Positions 24,757-35,740 of a stretch of DNA of 64,000 bases are shown piece by piece. The position numbers and the translations under genes were made by a program. The notes beneath the pieces were generated by a model. That model was given only the letters and a program-made list of their open reading frames with translations. It ran no database searches and had not been told where the DNA came from. Every line of letters begins with the position of its first letter. The first letter of the stretch is position 1. Source of the stretch: Dendrobates tinctorius (lineage: Eukaryota); NCBI RefSeq assembly GCF_039654945.1, contig NW_027361891.1:10788001-10852000 (forward strand), written 5' to 3'.

Positions 24757-25951
24757 CATTGCATTAAAATGCAATTGTCAGGATCCTGTCAGCGCCAGCG
24801 TGCAGCCTCCGCTGAGCAGGGACTCACCCGCACTGTAGGGGGCCTGGGGTCAGGTACAGCCAGAAAGTACAGATACACAGGACCTGTGGACGCTGAAGTT
24901 TAGCAAGCAGTCACAGGACCTACGGTCTTGTGACTGCAAGGGGGTGGGGCTTAGCATCCTGCTTTCAGAGATGGCTGGACACTATACAGAAATACTCAGA
25001 GTCAAGCAAAATGGAGGTCATACACAGAGATATCAGTAAAATACCAGGGATGAGACAGAACGGATAGTCAGGGCCAAGCAGAAGTCAAAACCAAACAGAC
25101 ATAGAAGGTACCAAGCAGAATCCAAAGCAATATCCAGAGAACAGACCGAGTCGTACACAGAGAATCAAGCAACTAGAACACAGCACAAACACACTCAGGG
25201 GTCACCACACAATGCCAAGGGCGAAAGTATAACTGACGGGGATGGGAGCGTCCTGAGGCTATAAGAAGCCTCTCCCAGAACCAGGGAGAGGCCACAATCA
25301 TAGCCCCAGGTGTGCAGGTAAGCCTGCACTGGGATCACAACCTTTAACCCCAGAAATGCCAGTCATCAGCACTGGTTCCAGACATTAACCCCACGTGTGC
25401 GAGTCAAACCCACACTGAGATCATGACAGCAATAATGGGCGATCAAAAGATCATATCTGCACCAAAATGGTATCATTAAAAACGTCAGCTTGGCACGCGA
25501 AAAATAAGCCCTAATTCAACCCAAGATCATGAAAAATGGAGATGATACAGGTTTCGGAAAATGGCGCAATTTTTTTTCTTTTAAGAAAGTTTGGAATTTT
25601 TTTTCACCACTTAGATAAAAAAGAACCTAGACATAATTGGTGTCTATGAACTAACAATGACCTGGAGAATCATAATGGCAGGTCAGTTTTAGCATTTATT
25701 GAACCTAGTAAAAAAGCCAAACAAAAAACCAGTGTGGGATGGCACTTTTTTTTGCAATTTCACCGCACTTGGAATTTTTGTTTCCCGTTTTCTAATACAC
25801 GACATGGTAAAACCAATGGTGTTGATCAAAAGTACAATGCGTCCCGCAAAAAACAAGCCTCACATGGCCATATTGACTAAATAAAAAAGTTATGGCTCTG
25901 AGAAGAAGGGTAGCAAAAAACAAAATCGAACAAAGTTCTGGTCATGAAGGG
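24757..25951. mobile_element. Right part of a piggyBac-type MITE containing a solo LTR
   Basis: Homologous to 54875-55419. Ends GAAGGG|TTAA. Confidence 0.75.
24776..25428. mobile_element. Solo LTR (653 bp)
   Basis: TGTCAGGAT...ATCATGACA with 5-bp TSD GCAAT. Confidence 0.85.
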
Positions 25952-26089
25952 TTAAGAGTTCTGCCTCCTACAGTCTAATTAAATGCTCCTAATCAACTCG
26001 TTATCTGCATTAAAGATATCTATCTTACATAGTCACCTTTATAAAAGACTCCTGTCCACAAACTCAATTAATCAGTCAGACGCTAACCT

Positions 26090-26870
26090 ATAGAAAGAAC
26101 AAGAATCCTTCAAAAGCAAGATAATTAATGATTATTTTTATTCTGTTACCAATATAATTTAAAAACATAATAATGACATAGAACACAGGAGATGGCAACA
26201 CTTACTATACAAACACCCCTTCTGAGGAAGAACAAGCCGAAACGCACGCAAAGGGGTCCACTGTCGCTAGTCCAACTTTGGATAAATACATGTACTGGTA
26301 ACTCTGACCTAAGTACCATAGAAAATGTAATTTTTGCAAGCAGTAACCTCCCTGGCCTGTGTGCAGACTTTGGGTTCTGATTGATGTTATTATAGCTTTA
26401 TCTTTTATATCCGTCCCTTATGATTTGCAGTATAGGTTAGGGACACCTTCCAGCATCATCCTGCATTATTTCATCATTTTAAGCACTTGGCACTTTTTGG
26501 GAAAAATTTGTACCTTACGTACTATACGGCTTCCCAAGATGTCTGTTATGATGCATGTCACCTATTGATACTAACTGCTGCTCTAAGGGATATTGCTTGC
26601 ATTAGGTGTTTACCATTTTTTTTTCTTTGTGCACTTTATATTTAATAATATCTATATGTATTGATTATTTATTCGCTTGCACAGTGTATTTCATTTTCTG
26701 TACAGTAAGTGCTGCCATCTCTTGTGTTCTATGTCATTATGTTTTAAAATTATTTTGGTAATTGAATAAAAATAATTATTTATTACCTTGCTTTTGGAGG
26801 ATCATTGTTCTTTCTATAGGTTCTCAGTTTTCAGGGTCCTCCGTGTTATTAGATAGGGCTTCATAGGCTC
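26090..26870 (+). mobile_element. Penelope-like inverted-arm element in the Tc1 5' UTR
   Basis: 26085-26211 is the reverse complement of 26699-26822 and is followed by a ~50-bp tail. The forward part begins with a hammerhead motif at 26215-26257. No clear TSD. Confidence 0.75.
26215..26257 (+). ncRNA. Degenerate minimal type I hammerhead ribozyme
   Basis: ACCCCTT-CTGAGGA-AGAACAAGCC-GAAA-CGCAC-GCA-AAGGGGT. Stem I is 7 bp. The cleavage triplet is mutated (GCA) and stem II is weak. Confidence 0.6.
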
Positions 26871-27350
26871 CTCTACAACATGGGCAAGACCAAAGAGCTT
26901 TCTAAGGATGTCAAGGACAAGATCATAGACCTACACAAGGCTGGAATGGGCTACAAAACCATACGCAAGTCGCTAGGTGAGAAGGAGACAACTGTTGGTG
27001 CAATAGTAAGAAAATGGAAGTACAAAATGATTGTTAATCGACATCGATCTGGGGCAACTTGCAAAATCTCACCTCATGGGGTATCCTTGATCATGAGGAA
27101 GGTGAGAGATCAGCCTAAACCTATATGGGGGAACTTGTTAGCGATCTGAAGGCAGCTGGGATGACATTCACCAAGAAAACCACTGGTAACACATTACACT
27201 GTAAAGGTTTAAAATCCTACAGTCCCCCCAAAGGTTCCCCGGCTCAAGAAGGCACATGTGCAGGCCCGTTTGAAGTTTGCCAATGAACACCTGGATGATT
27301 CTGTGAGTGATTGGGAGAAGGTCCTGTGTTCAGATGAGACAAAAATTTAG

Positions 27351-27695
<345 letters not shown>

Positions 27696-28499
27696 TAGAA
27701 AACTTAAGGAGGGAGTTGAAGCTCCGAGTTGTCATGCGACAGTCTCCAAATCTTAATGATTTACAGGTGATCTGCAAAGAGGAGTGGACCAAAATTCCTC
27801 CTCAAATGTGCACAAACCTCATCATCAACTACAAAAAAAGTCTGACTGCTGTGCTTGTCAACAAGGGTTTTGCCACCAATAAAAAAGTCTTGTTTGCCAG
27901 AGCGATCAAATACTTATTTCTCACAGGAAAATGAAAATAAATGTATATAATTTATACAATGTGATTTTCTGGATTTTATTTTTGATATTCTATCTCTCAA
28001 TGTTAAAATTAAGCTACTCTTAACCCCTTTAGCCCCCAAAGGTGGTTTGCACGTTAATGACCAGTCTAATTTTTACAATTCTGACCACTGTCCCGTTATG
28101 TGGTAATAACTCTAGACCACTTTAATGGATCCCGGATTATGAGATTGTTTTCTCATGACATATTGTTCTTCATGTTAGTGGTAAAATTTCTTTGATATGG
28201 CTTTATTTTTATTTATTTGTGAAAAAAATGGAAATTTGGCAAAAATTTTGAAAATTTCGCAATTTGAATTTTCATTCCCTTAAATCACAGAGATACAGTA
28301 TGTCACGCAAAATATTTAAAATGTAACATTTACCACATGTCTACTTTTCATCGGAACAATATTGGAACCAACTTTTTTTGTTAGGAAGTTATAAGCTGAC
28401 CAGCGATTTCTCATTTTTACAACACTATTTTTTTTAAGGACCACATCACATTTGAAGTCACTTTGAGAGGTATATGCAGTATGATAAAAAATAGCCAAA

Positions 28500-29750
28500 C
28501 GTGACACCATTCTAAAAACTGCACCCCTCAAGATGCTCAAAACCACATTCAAGAAGTTTATTAACCCTTCAAGTGCTTCACAGAAATTTTTGCAATGTTT
28601 AAAAAAAACTGAACATTTAACTTTTTTCACAAAAAAATTAGTTCAGATCCAAATTATTTTATTTTCCCAATGGTAACAGGAGAAATTGGACACCAAAAGT
28701 TGTTTTGAAATTTGTCATGACTACATTGATACCACATATGTAGGGTAAACCACTGTTTGGGCGCATCTCAGAGCTCAAAAGACTTTTTCAACCCAAAATT
28801 GGCTGGAATTGAGATCGGACACCATATCAAATTTGGAGAGCCGTCATGTGCCTAAACAGTGGAAACCCCTCACAAATGACCCCATTTTGGAAACTACACC
28901 CCCCCAAGGAACTTATCTAGATGTGTGGTAAGCATTTTGAACCCCTAAGTGCTTCACACAAGTTTATAACGTAGAGCAGTGAAAATAAAAAAATCATATT
29001 TTTTCCACAAAAATGATTTTTTGCCCCCAATTTTTTATTTTCCCACAGGTAACAGGAAAAATTGGACCCCAAAAGTTGTTGTACAATTTGTCCTGAGTAC
29101 ACTGATATACCATATATGTCGTGGTGAACCACTGTTTGGGCGCATGGCAGAGCTCAGAAGGGAAGGATCGCGCTTTCACTTTTTCAATGCAAAATTAGCT
29201 GGAATTAAGATCAGACGCCATGTCTCGTTTGGAGAGCCCCTGATGTGCCTAAATAGTTGAAACCCTCACAAGTGACCCCATTTTGGAAACTAGACCCCAA
29301 AGGAATTTATCTAGATGTGTGGCAAGTATTTTAAACCCCCAAATGCTTCACAGAAGTTTATAAAGTAGAGCCGTAAAAATAAAAAATCATATTTTTTTTA
29401 CAAAAATTATATTTTCGCCTCCAATTTTTTATTTTCCCATGGGTAACAGGAGAAATTTGACCCCAGAAGTTGTGATGCAATTAGTCCTGAGTACACTGAT
29501 ACCCCATATGTTGGTATAAAACACTTTGGGCGCACTGCAGAGCTTGGAATGGAAGGAGCGCCGTTTGACTTTTTCAACGCAAAATTGGCTCGAATTGAAA
29601 TCGGAAGCAATGTGCCATGTCGCATTTGGAGAGCCCCTGATGTGCCTAAACAGTGGAAACCCCCATAAGTGATTCCATTTTTGAAACTAGACCCCCGAAG
29701 GAACTTATCTAGATGTGTGGTGAGCACTTTCAACTCCTAGGTGCTTTTGG
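28500..29750. repeat. ~395-bp internal tandem repeat (~3 copies)
   Basis: CCATTTTGGAAACTAGACCCC...TTATCTAGATGTGTGG recurs near 28880, 29276 and 29673. Confidence 0.8.
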
Positions 29751-31434
29751 CGGGTGAGGAGCCATTTTGCTTTTCCAGAGCCTTTGTGCTACTAGTAGTG
29801 TTGAAGCCCCCTATATTTCTGTTAACAGATGTCGGACCTGAGTGAGAGCTTGCTTTTTTTGAGGATTGAGCTGAAGCTTTTATTGGGAACATTTTATACA
29901 ACATTTGGGATCACATTTATCCAGCGCTCTACGCTGAGCACTTACTTTGGGGTTTCCATCTAAATCTCTGAGTTACGTGATTCAGATGAAATCCCTGAGG
30001 GATCCATTCACTATAGTAGGGCAGCAGAGTTACTCTGGACTCCATCTGGCCTCTGTGCAGCAGTGTTCTTCTTTTCAGATGGCACTTTAATGCGTTCCTA
30101 AAAATGCAGCGCTGGATCACAGGTCAGATGGCGTCCACACTGCCTCTGACTGCCTCATTATAGGGAATCTTCTGAGGTTCCATCTAAATCACGTATTTCA
30201 GAGATTTACATGGAAACCCCGGTGCAAGCGCTAAGCGCAGGATAAATTTGTGCGGAGCCTTACTGCGATATTTGGGAGGCAGAATGAAAAAATCAACATC
30301 ATGTGATGAATTGTTTTTATTTATTTTTCATGCTGTTCCTTGTGCAGTAAAAGTGATTAGGCGACTTTATTCTTCAGGTCGGTGCGATTACAGTGATACC
30401 AGATTTAGGCATCTTTCACACGTCCGTGTCTCCGTACATGTGGTGACAGTTTTCATATGTACCAGAGACACGTACACACGCAGACCCATTCATGTGAATG
30501 GGTCTGTGCACATGTCAGTGTGTTTCCACGGATCGTGGGCAAAACATGCTGACATGTCCGTTTTTAAATGACAGCATGGGCCGCAAAACATCCTGCACAC
30601 GTGCACACAGATAACACACATGGATGTTATCTGTGTGACATGCATCGGCACTGGGGAAGAAGCATTACAGTAAGCCCTGTTCCCTGGCAGCAGGTGCTGA
30701 ACACGGCTTTCATCATTCTCCCCTGCTCTTCCGGCATTTGGTGCGAGCAGGGGAAAATGATGAGAGTTATATTTAAGTGATAAAAGGGACAGCGGTGCTA
30801 GCAGGGATATCACCGAGGTCACGGCAGTTAACACCGGCGGAGAATGCAGCCTTTGTGACTGGCAGTAACCTTGATGACGTCACCACCGATCACTGATGCT
30901 GCGCTCGCAGCAGTTCATTCCCCAGTGGTTCTCAGCCTGGACAGTCGCATCCTGGCACAGTCCAGGTTTAAAGCTGTTTATCCCCCAAACGTGGATTATG
31001 GTGTGGGACAGAACAACGGAGAGGTGAGGGATATTGTTGTTTTTTTATATTTCGTTTATTACAGGAGAATGAGGGCTTCTGTGGAATTAGGCATTAGGTG
31101 AGTAAAACTGTGTTTATTATTTTTAAATAAAAATGGAAAACTGTGTTTTGTTTTATTTCTAATAAAAGTCTTTATTGTGGCTGTGTCTTTATATACCATA
31201 CAACTATAAGATTAGTAATGGATAGGTCTTATAGACACATCTCCATTACTAAGCTGTAGACTTGATGTCACCTGACAATACAAAGGTGACATCAATCCCA
31301 CAAATATGAACCCCACTTGCCACCACTACAGCGCAAGTGGGAAGAGCAGAACCAGCGCCACAATTGGCACATCGAATAGAGGTGCCTTTTCTGGGCGGCT
31401 GCAGACTGCCAGTTTTAGGCTGGGGGGTTAATAT

Positions 31435-31670
31435 TAGAGTTGTGTGAACTGGTTTGGATTTGGTTCTGAATATAATCAGAAGTGAATATACTTTTTGCAA
31501 TATTCATCGAACACAGCTGAACTTCATTAGAGTCAATGGGAGTCGAAATTACCGAATACTTTTGAAAACGTTCATCATACATACATTCGGCATGAATAGA
31601 GAACCCATATGGCACGAATATGGCAAATTCAGATTCAGAGACCGAATCTGAACAAATTCGCTCAAGTCTA
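31435..31670. mobile_element. hAT-type MITE
   Basis: TAGAGTTGTGTGAA...TTCGCTCAAGTCTA. Degenerate 8-bp TSD GTTAATAT / GTCAATTT, with the right copy displaced by the BEL insertion. Confidence 0.7.
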
Positions 31671-32086
31671 GTTGTTCTGCCCATTCATGTGTAGCAAGAC
31701 ATTTCTTAAGTGCTGTTCCAGCTATGGCCATTAGATGTCATAGTTGCCCTTCTTTTTCCTATTCTTGGAGTTAGGGTCTCCTTTCCCTTTAATTGTTATT
31801 CTGTTCAGAACCGCCCCTTCATCTTCCTGTGCTGAAGCATGTAGCCATGTTCCCTCGGATCCCTGAGCTGCTCACACGTGTCCAGCTTCCTGCAAAATCA
31901 TTGCTTATATCAAGCTGATTCCAGTGAGGTTTAATGCAGTTATGTGTTATGTGTTGTGTATCTTTGTTGGCTGGCCATGATGTAGCCCCATGATGTTGCA
32001 ATGTATTTTCAGTTTCTTATAATGCTTTTACACTGCATATTAGACAGATGCTCCCTTGTTCATTTAGCACAATGCTTGCAGCCTAA

Positions 32087-32494
32087 AGGTACTGTCACAC
32101 TTAGCGATGCACCAGCGATCCCGACCAGCGATATGACGTGGTCAGGATCGCTGGTGCATCGCTAAATGGTCGCTAGTGAGCTGCCACACAGGCATATCTC
32201 ACCAGCGACAAAGCAGAGGTCGGGGGTCGTTACTTACCTGTCAGACGGGGCGATCCTGACATCCTCCCACCCGCGTCCACGCGTCGCTCGTTGGCGCCAC
32301 AGGAAGCCCAGCAGGAAGCTGACGACGAGAAATGGTCCAGGACGTTCTCGCGCGATCAGCGATAATCAGCCGGGGAGCCGGTCGGAGGTAAGTATCAGAC
32401 ATAGCGATATCGCGAGCAATATCGCTGCTACGTCACAAAAACCAGTGACGTTATAGCGATATTGCTAGCGATATCGCTTAGTGTGACAGGCCCT
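32087..32494. mobile_element. PIF/Harbinger MITE inserted in the BEL 5' LTR only
   Basis: TAA|AGGTACTGTCACAC...GTGTGACAGGCCCT|TTA. The 3' LTR has the empty site GCCTAAGTTG. Confidence 0.9.
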
Positions 32495-33710
32495 TTAGTT
32501 GTTTAGATATCTCTTTTCTCTTTTCACTGCATTGTGTGTTGTATTGTTCAGCCTCTGTGGTGATGCCTACTGATGTAACAGCACTCTGTAATACTGCCTG
32601 CTACTGTTATGATAGTACCCTGTATTATTGCTGTGTTAATTTTTGCCAGTACTGATGTATTGTACTGTCTGTTTCTTTATAGTTTTTACCTGAAATCATC
32701 CACTTCTATATCTCTGATATCATCCACTTCTACTGTATATCTCTGATCTCATCCACAATTGTGTTCACCAATCTCCTCCTTTATATCATCCGTTATCATC
32801 TACCATTGTTGTTCACATCATCCTAATAAATATAGACTTAAGCACCCATACAGTCTTGTTACTGGGAGTGGATGAAGGGTTTAGCCGCATGCTGGAGTCC
32901 ACACAGCATCATATGTGGAAAAAGGCAGAACAATAAAATCGGAACTGCTGGTTACAGGCGGAGGTTACACAGGCTGTAAGGGACCACTATCACCCAGACT
33001 GCACCACATACGGGTATTACAGCAGCCGCCATACAGCCGCAGGGAATAAGAGCCCAGGGCACAGTAAAGGGCCGCCGGTCGCACACGGTGATTGCATAGA
33101 CTGTACTGGACCATTAACACCCACACTGCTCCGCATACGGGTATCACAGCAGCAGTCATACACCCGCAGAATGAGAGTGCAGCCCGCCAATAAGTGCTAC
33201 ATTATTCCCGCCACTCTGAAGTCTGTCTATACATAGACTCAGTTTTCCCACCAATATACTCAGCAGTACGCAGCTAAATGCACAATGTCTCGAAACAGCA
33301 CATCCTCACTCAAAACGGGATCACGAGCAAGTTCCAACAGGTCGTCAATAGCAGAGCTCGCTTCTGTCACTCGTGCTGAAGCCGAAGTGGCCAAAGAAAG
33401 ATCCTCCTTCGCCGAACGAGAAATGCATCTAAAGCTGAAACAAGCAGATGAAGATACAGAAACTGCATGTCTGCATGCTGAAACCGCACATTTGCAGGCA
33501 GAGATAATCGGAAACTGCATGTTTGCAGGCAGAGCTAGAAAGACTTGAAGACAACAAAAAATAGGAGCAAAAGAACCTCTATTGAATAATATAAAATATA
33601 ATATTTTATTAATTCAGTTTTAAAATTCTGTAAAAATTACATCATATGGACAAAAAGTATATAGAAAGACACAGACAATAAAAATCTGAGGCAACAGAGT
33701 TATATATATA

Positions 33711-34609
33711 CACTCACTGGCCACTTTATTAGGTACACCTGTCCAACTGTGTGTTAAGACTTAATTTCTAATCAGCCAATCACATGGCGGCAACTCAGTG
33801 CATTTAGGCATGTAGACATGGTCAAGACAATCTCCTGCAGTTCAAACCGAGCATCAGTATGGGGAAGAAAGGTGATTTGAGTGCCTTTGAACGTGGCATG
33901 ATTGTTGGTGCCAGAAGGGCTGGTCTGAGTATTTCAGAAACTGCTGATCTACTGGGATTTTCACGCACAACCATCTCTAGGGTTTACAGAGAATGGTCCG
34001 AAAAAGAAAAAAAATCCAGTGAGCGGCAGTTCTGTGGCCGGAAATGCCTTGTTGATGCCAGAGGTCAGAGGAGAATGGGCATACTGGTTCGAGCTGATAG
34101 AAAGGCAACAGTGACTCAAATTGCCACCCGTTACAACCAAGGTAGGCAGAAGAGCATCTCTGAACGCACAGTGCGTCGAACTTTGAGGCAGATGGGCTAC
34201 AGCAGCAGAAGACCACACTGGGTACCACTCCTCTCAGCTAAGAACAGGCATCTGATGGCTACTTTCAGCAGGATAATGCGCCATGTCATAAAGCTCGAAT
34301 CATCTCAGATTGGTTTCTTGAACATGACAATGAGTTCACTGTACTCAAATGGCCTCCTCAGTCACCAGATCTCAATCCAATAGAGCATCTTTGGGATGTG
34401 GTGGAACGGGAGATTCGCATCAGGGATGTGCAGCCGACAAATCTGCGCCAACTGTGTGATGCCATCATGTCAATATGGTCCAAAATCTCTGAGGAATGCT
34501 TCCAGCACCTTGTTGAATCTCTGCCACGAAGAATTGAGGCAGTTCTGAAGGCAAAAGGGGGTCCAACCCGTTACTAGCATGGTGTACCTAATAAAGTGGC
34601 CAGTGAGTG
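33711..34609 (+). mobile_element. Young internally deleted Tc1, copy 2 (899 bp)
   Basis: Perfect 29-bp TIRs, TA TSD in a (TA)n run, ORF 33859-34383. Confidence 0.95.
33859..34383 (+). CDS. Truncated Tc1 transposase: paired-like DNA-binding region plus frameshifted tail (174 aa)
   Basis: MGKKGDLSAFERGMIVGARRAGLSISETADLLGFSRTTISRVY...ISERTVRRTLRQMGY. The catalytic remainder QQDNAPCH...WPPQSPDLNPIEH lies in another frame. Expression is unknown. Confidence 0.6.
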   Translation: MGKKGDLSAFERGMIVGARRAGLSISETADLLGFSRTTISRVYREWSEKEKKSSERQFCGRKCLVDARGQRRMGILVRADRKATVTQIATRYNQGRQKSISERTVRRTLRQMGYSSRRPHWVPLLSAKNRHLMATFSRIMRHVIKLESSQIGFLNMTMSSLYSNGLLSHQISIQ

Positions 34610-34656
34610 TATATGGACTGTGGACAATAGGTCCACTGTGCTGTCAGATACCGCAG

Positions 34657-34692
34657 CCCCAACACTCATTTCACGTAGGCTTCCTCAGGGGG
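34657..34692 (-). ncRNA. Degenerate minimal hammerhead ribozyme
   Basis: Minus strand CCCC-CTGAGGA-AGCCTACGT-GAAA-TGAGT-GTT-GGGG, a CpG-decayed version of GAAACGCGCGT(T/C). Confidence 0.55.
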
Positions 34693-35220
34693 CTGTAATG
34701 CGTGTTGAGGCTGCGGTATCTGACGGCACAGTGGACCTATTGTGGTATGACCTTCCTACCTCTTTTCTTTATATCCTGACTTTAATCTACTGAATTTTGA
34801 TGTTTTTTGGCACCTCTTGGCTGGACAGCATGTGCAGGGTATTATATATATGATAGTGCACTGGTTGCTACAAGTAGTAGATACATATATATGTATAATA
34901 TAATAATTGTCTCAATGGCTTGGATATAACTTTTGGTCTTTTTACCTGGTCCATATATATATATAACTCTGTTGCCTCAGATTTTTATTGTCTGTCCTTC
35001 TATATACTTTTTGTCCATATGATGTAATTTTTACATAATTTTAAAATTGAATTAATAAAATATTATATTTGATATTATTCAATAGAGGTTCTTTTGCTTC
35101 TATTTTTTGTTGTCTTCAAGTCTTTCTAGGACTCCACTTGGTAGTGACAGGGACAGTCACACTAGTTTGTTAGGCACCTCGCCACTGCAGGGCCTGTGGA
35201 CTTAACGGATAACACTAATT

Positions 35221-35740
35221 CTATATATCCTTTCCTACTGCTTTATATCTATCTATTTGACTCCCCTGATGAATCCCCACCATTGGAGAAGAAACGCGTC
35301 GGGAGCTTCTGTCTATTTTCCCCTTATCAGTGGGGGTGTCCACTACAGGATGCACTTGGGGCCTGTCCTTGTTAGGACAGAAGTAACACTGGGGCACGAC
35401 AGCGAGTGTAGGGGAATACTTTACATTAACACTGGTTTTCCCATGTCTCAGCTCCCCATGAGTGGATCGTATCTCCAGCAGGATACGCCCTGATGCTGGA
35501 ATGCTATATCTAATACCAATGGTGAGACCAAACCATTTTTTATTGAGCACTGGTTCACATGAGCACTTTTTTGTAATGTTTTTGTGTGTTGTGTCCTTTT
35601 AATGGTTCATTAAAGGTTATGTTTTAATTGACTTTATGTGGGATACTCTCTAGGCTGTGTGCAACATTTGACCCCTGAGGGTTTTTTTTGGAATAGTGTC
35701 AAAAAGCTCACACTATAGCTGAGTGCACAGCTCCCATCCC
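35221..35740 (+). mobile_element. Second Penelope-like pseudo-LTR-type fragment
   Basis: Begins with a hammerhead, has a T-rich body with ATTAAA near 35609 and a short tail. BEL gag resumes at ~35741. Confidence 0.65.
35261..35305 (+). ncRNA. Minimal type I hammerhead ribozyme with complete catalytic core
   Basis: CTCCC-CTGATGA-ATCCCCACCATTGGAGAA-GAAA-CGC-GTC-GGGAG. Stem I CTCCC/GGGAG, stem II TCCCCA/TGGAGA (1 mismatch), palindromic ACGCGT stem III. GUC cleavage predicted after 35300. Confidence 0.8.

Larger units (their letters stand above)
33535..35220. mobile_element. Penelope-like inverted-arm element inserted in BEL gag
   Basis: 33535-33710 is the reverse complement of ~34953-35129 and is followed by a ~90-bp tail. 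Inner palindrome 34624-34743 has a hammerhead motif at the inversion point. Confidence 0.75.
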
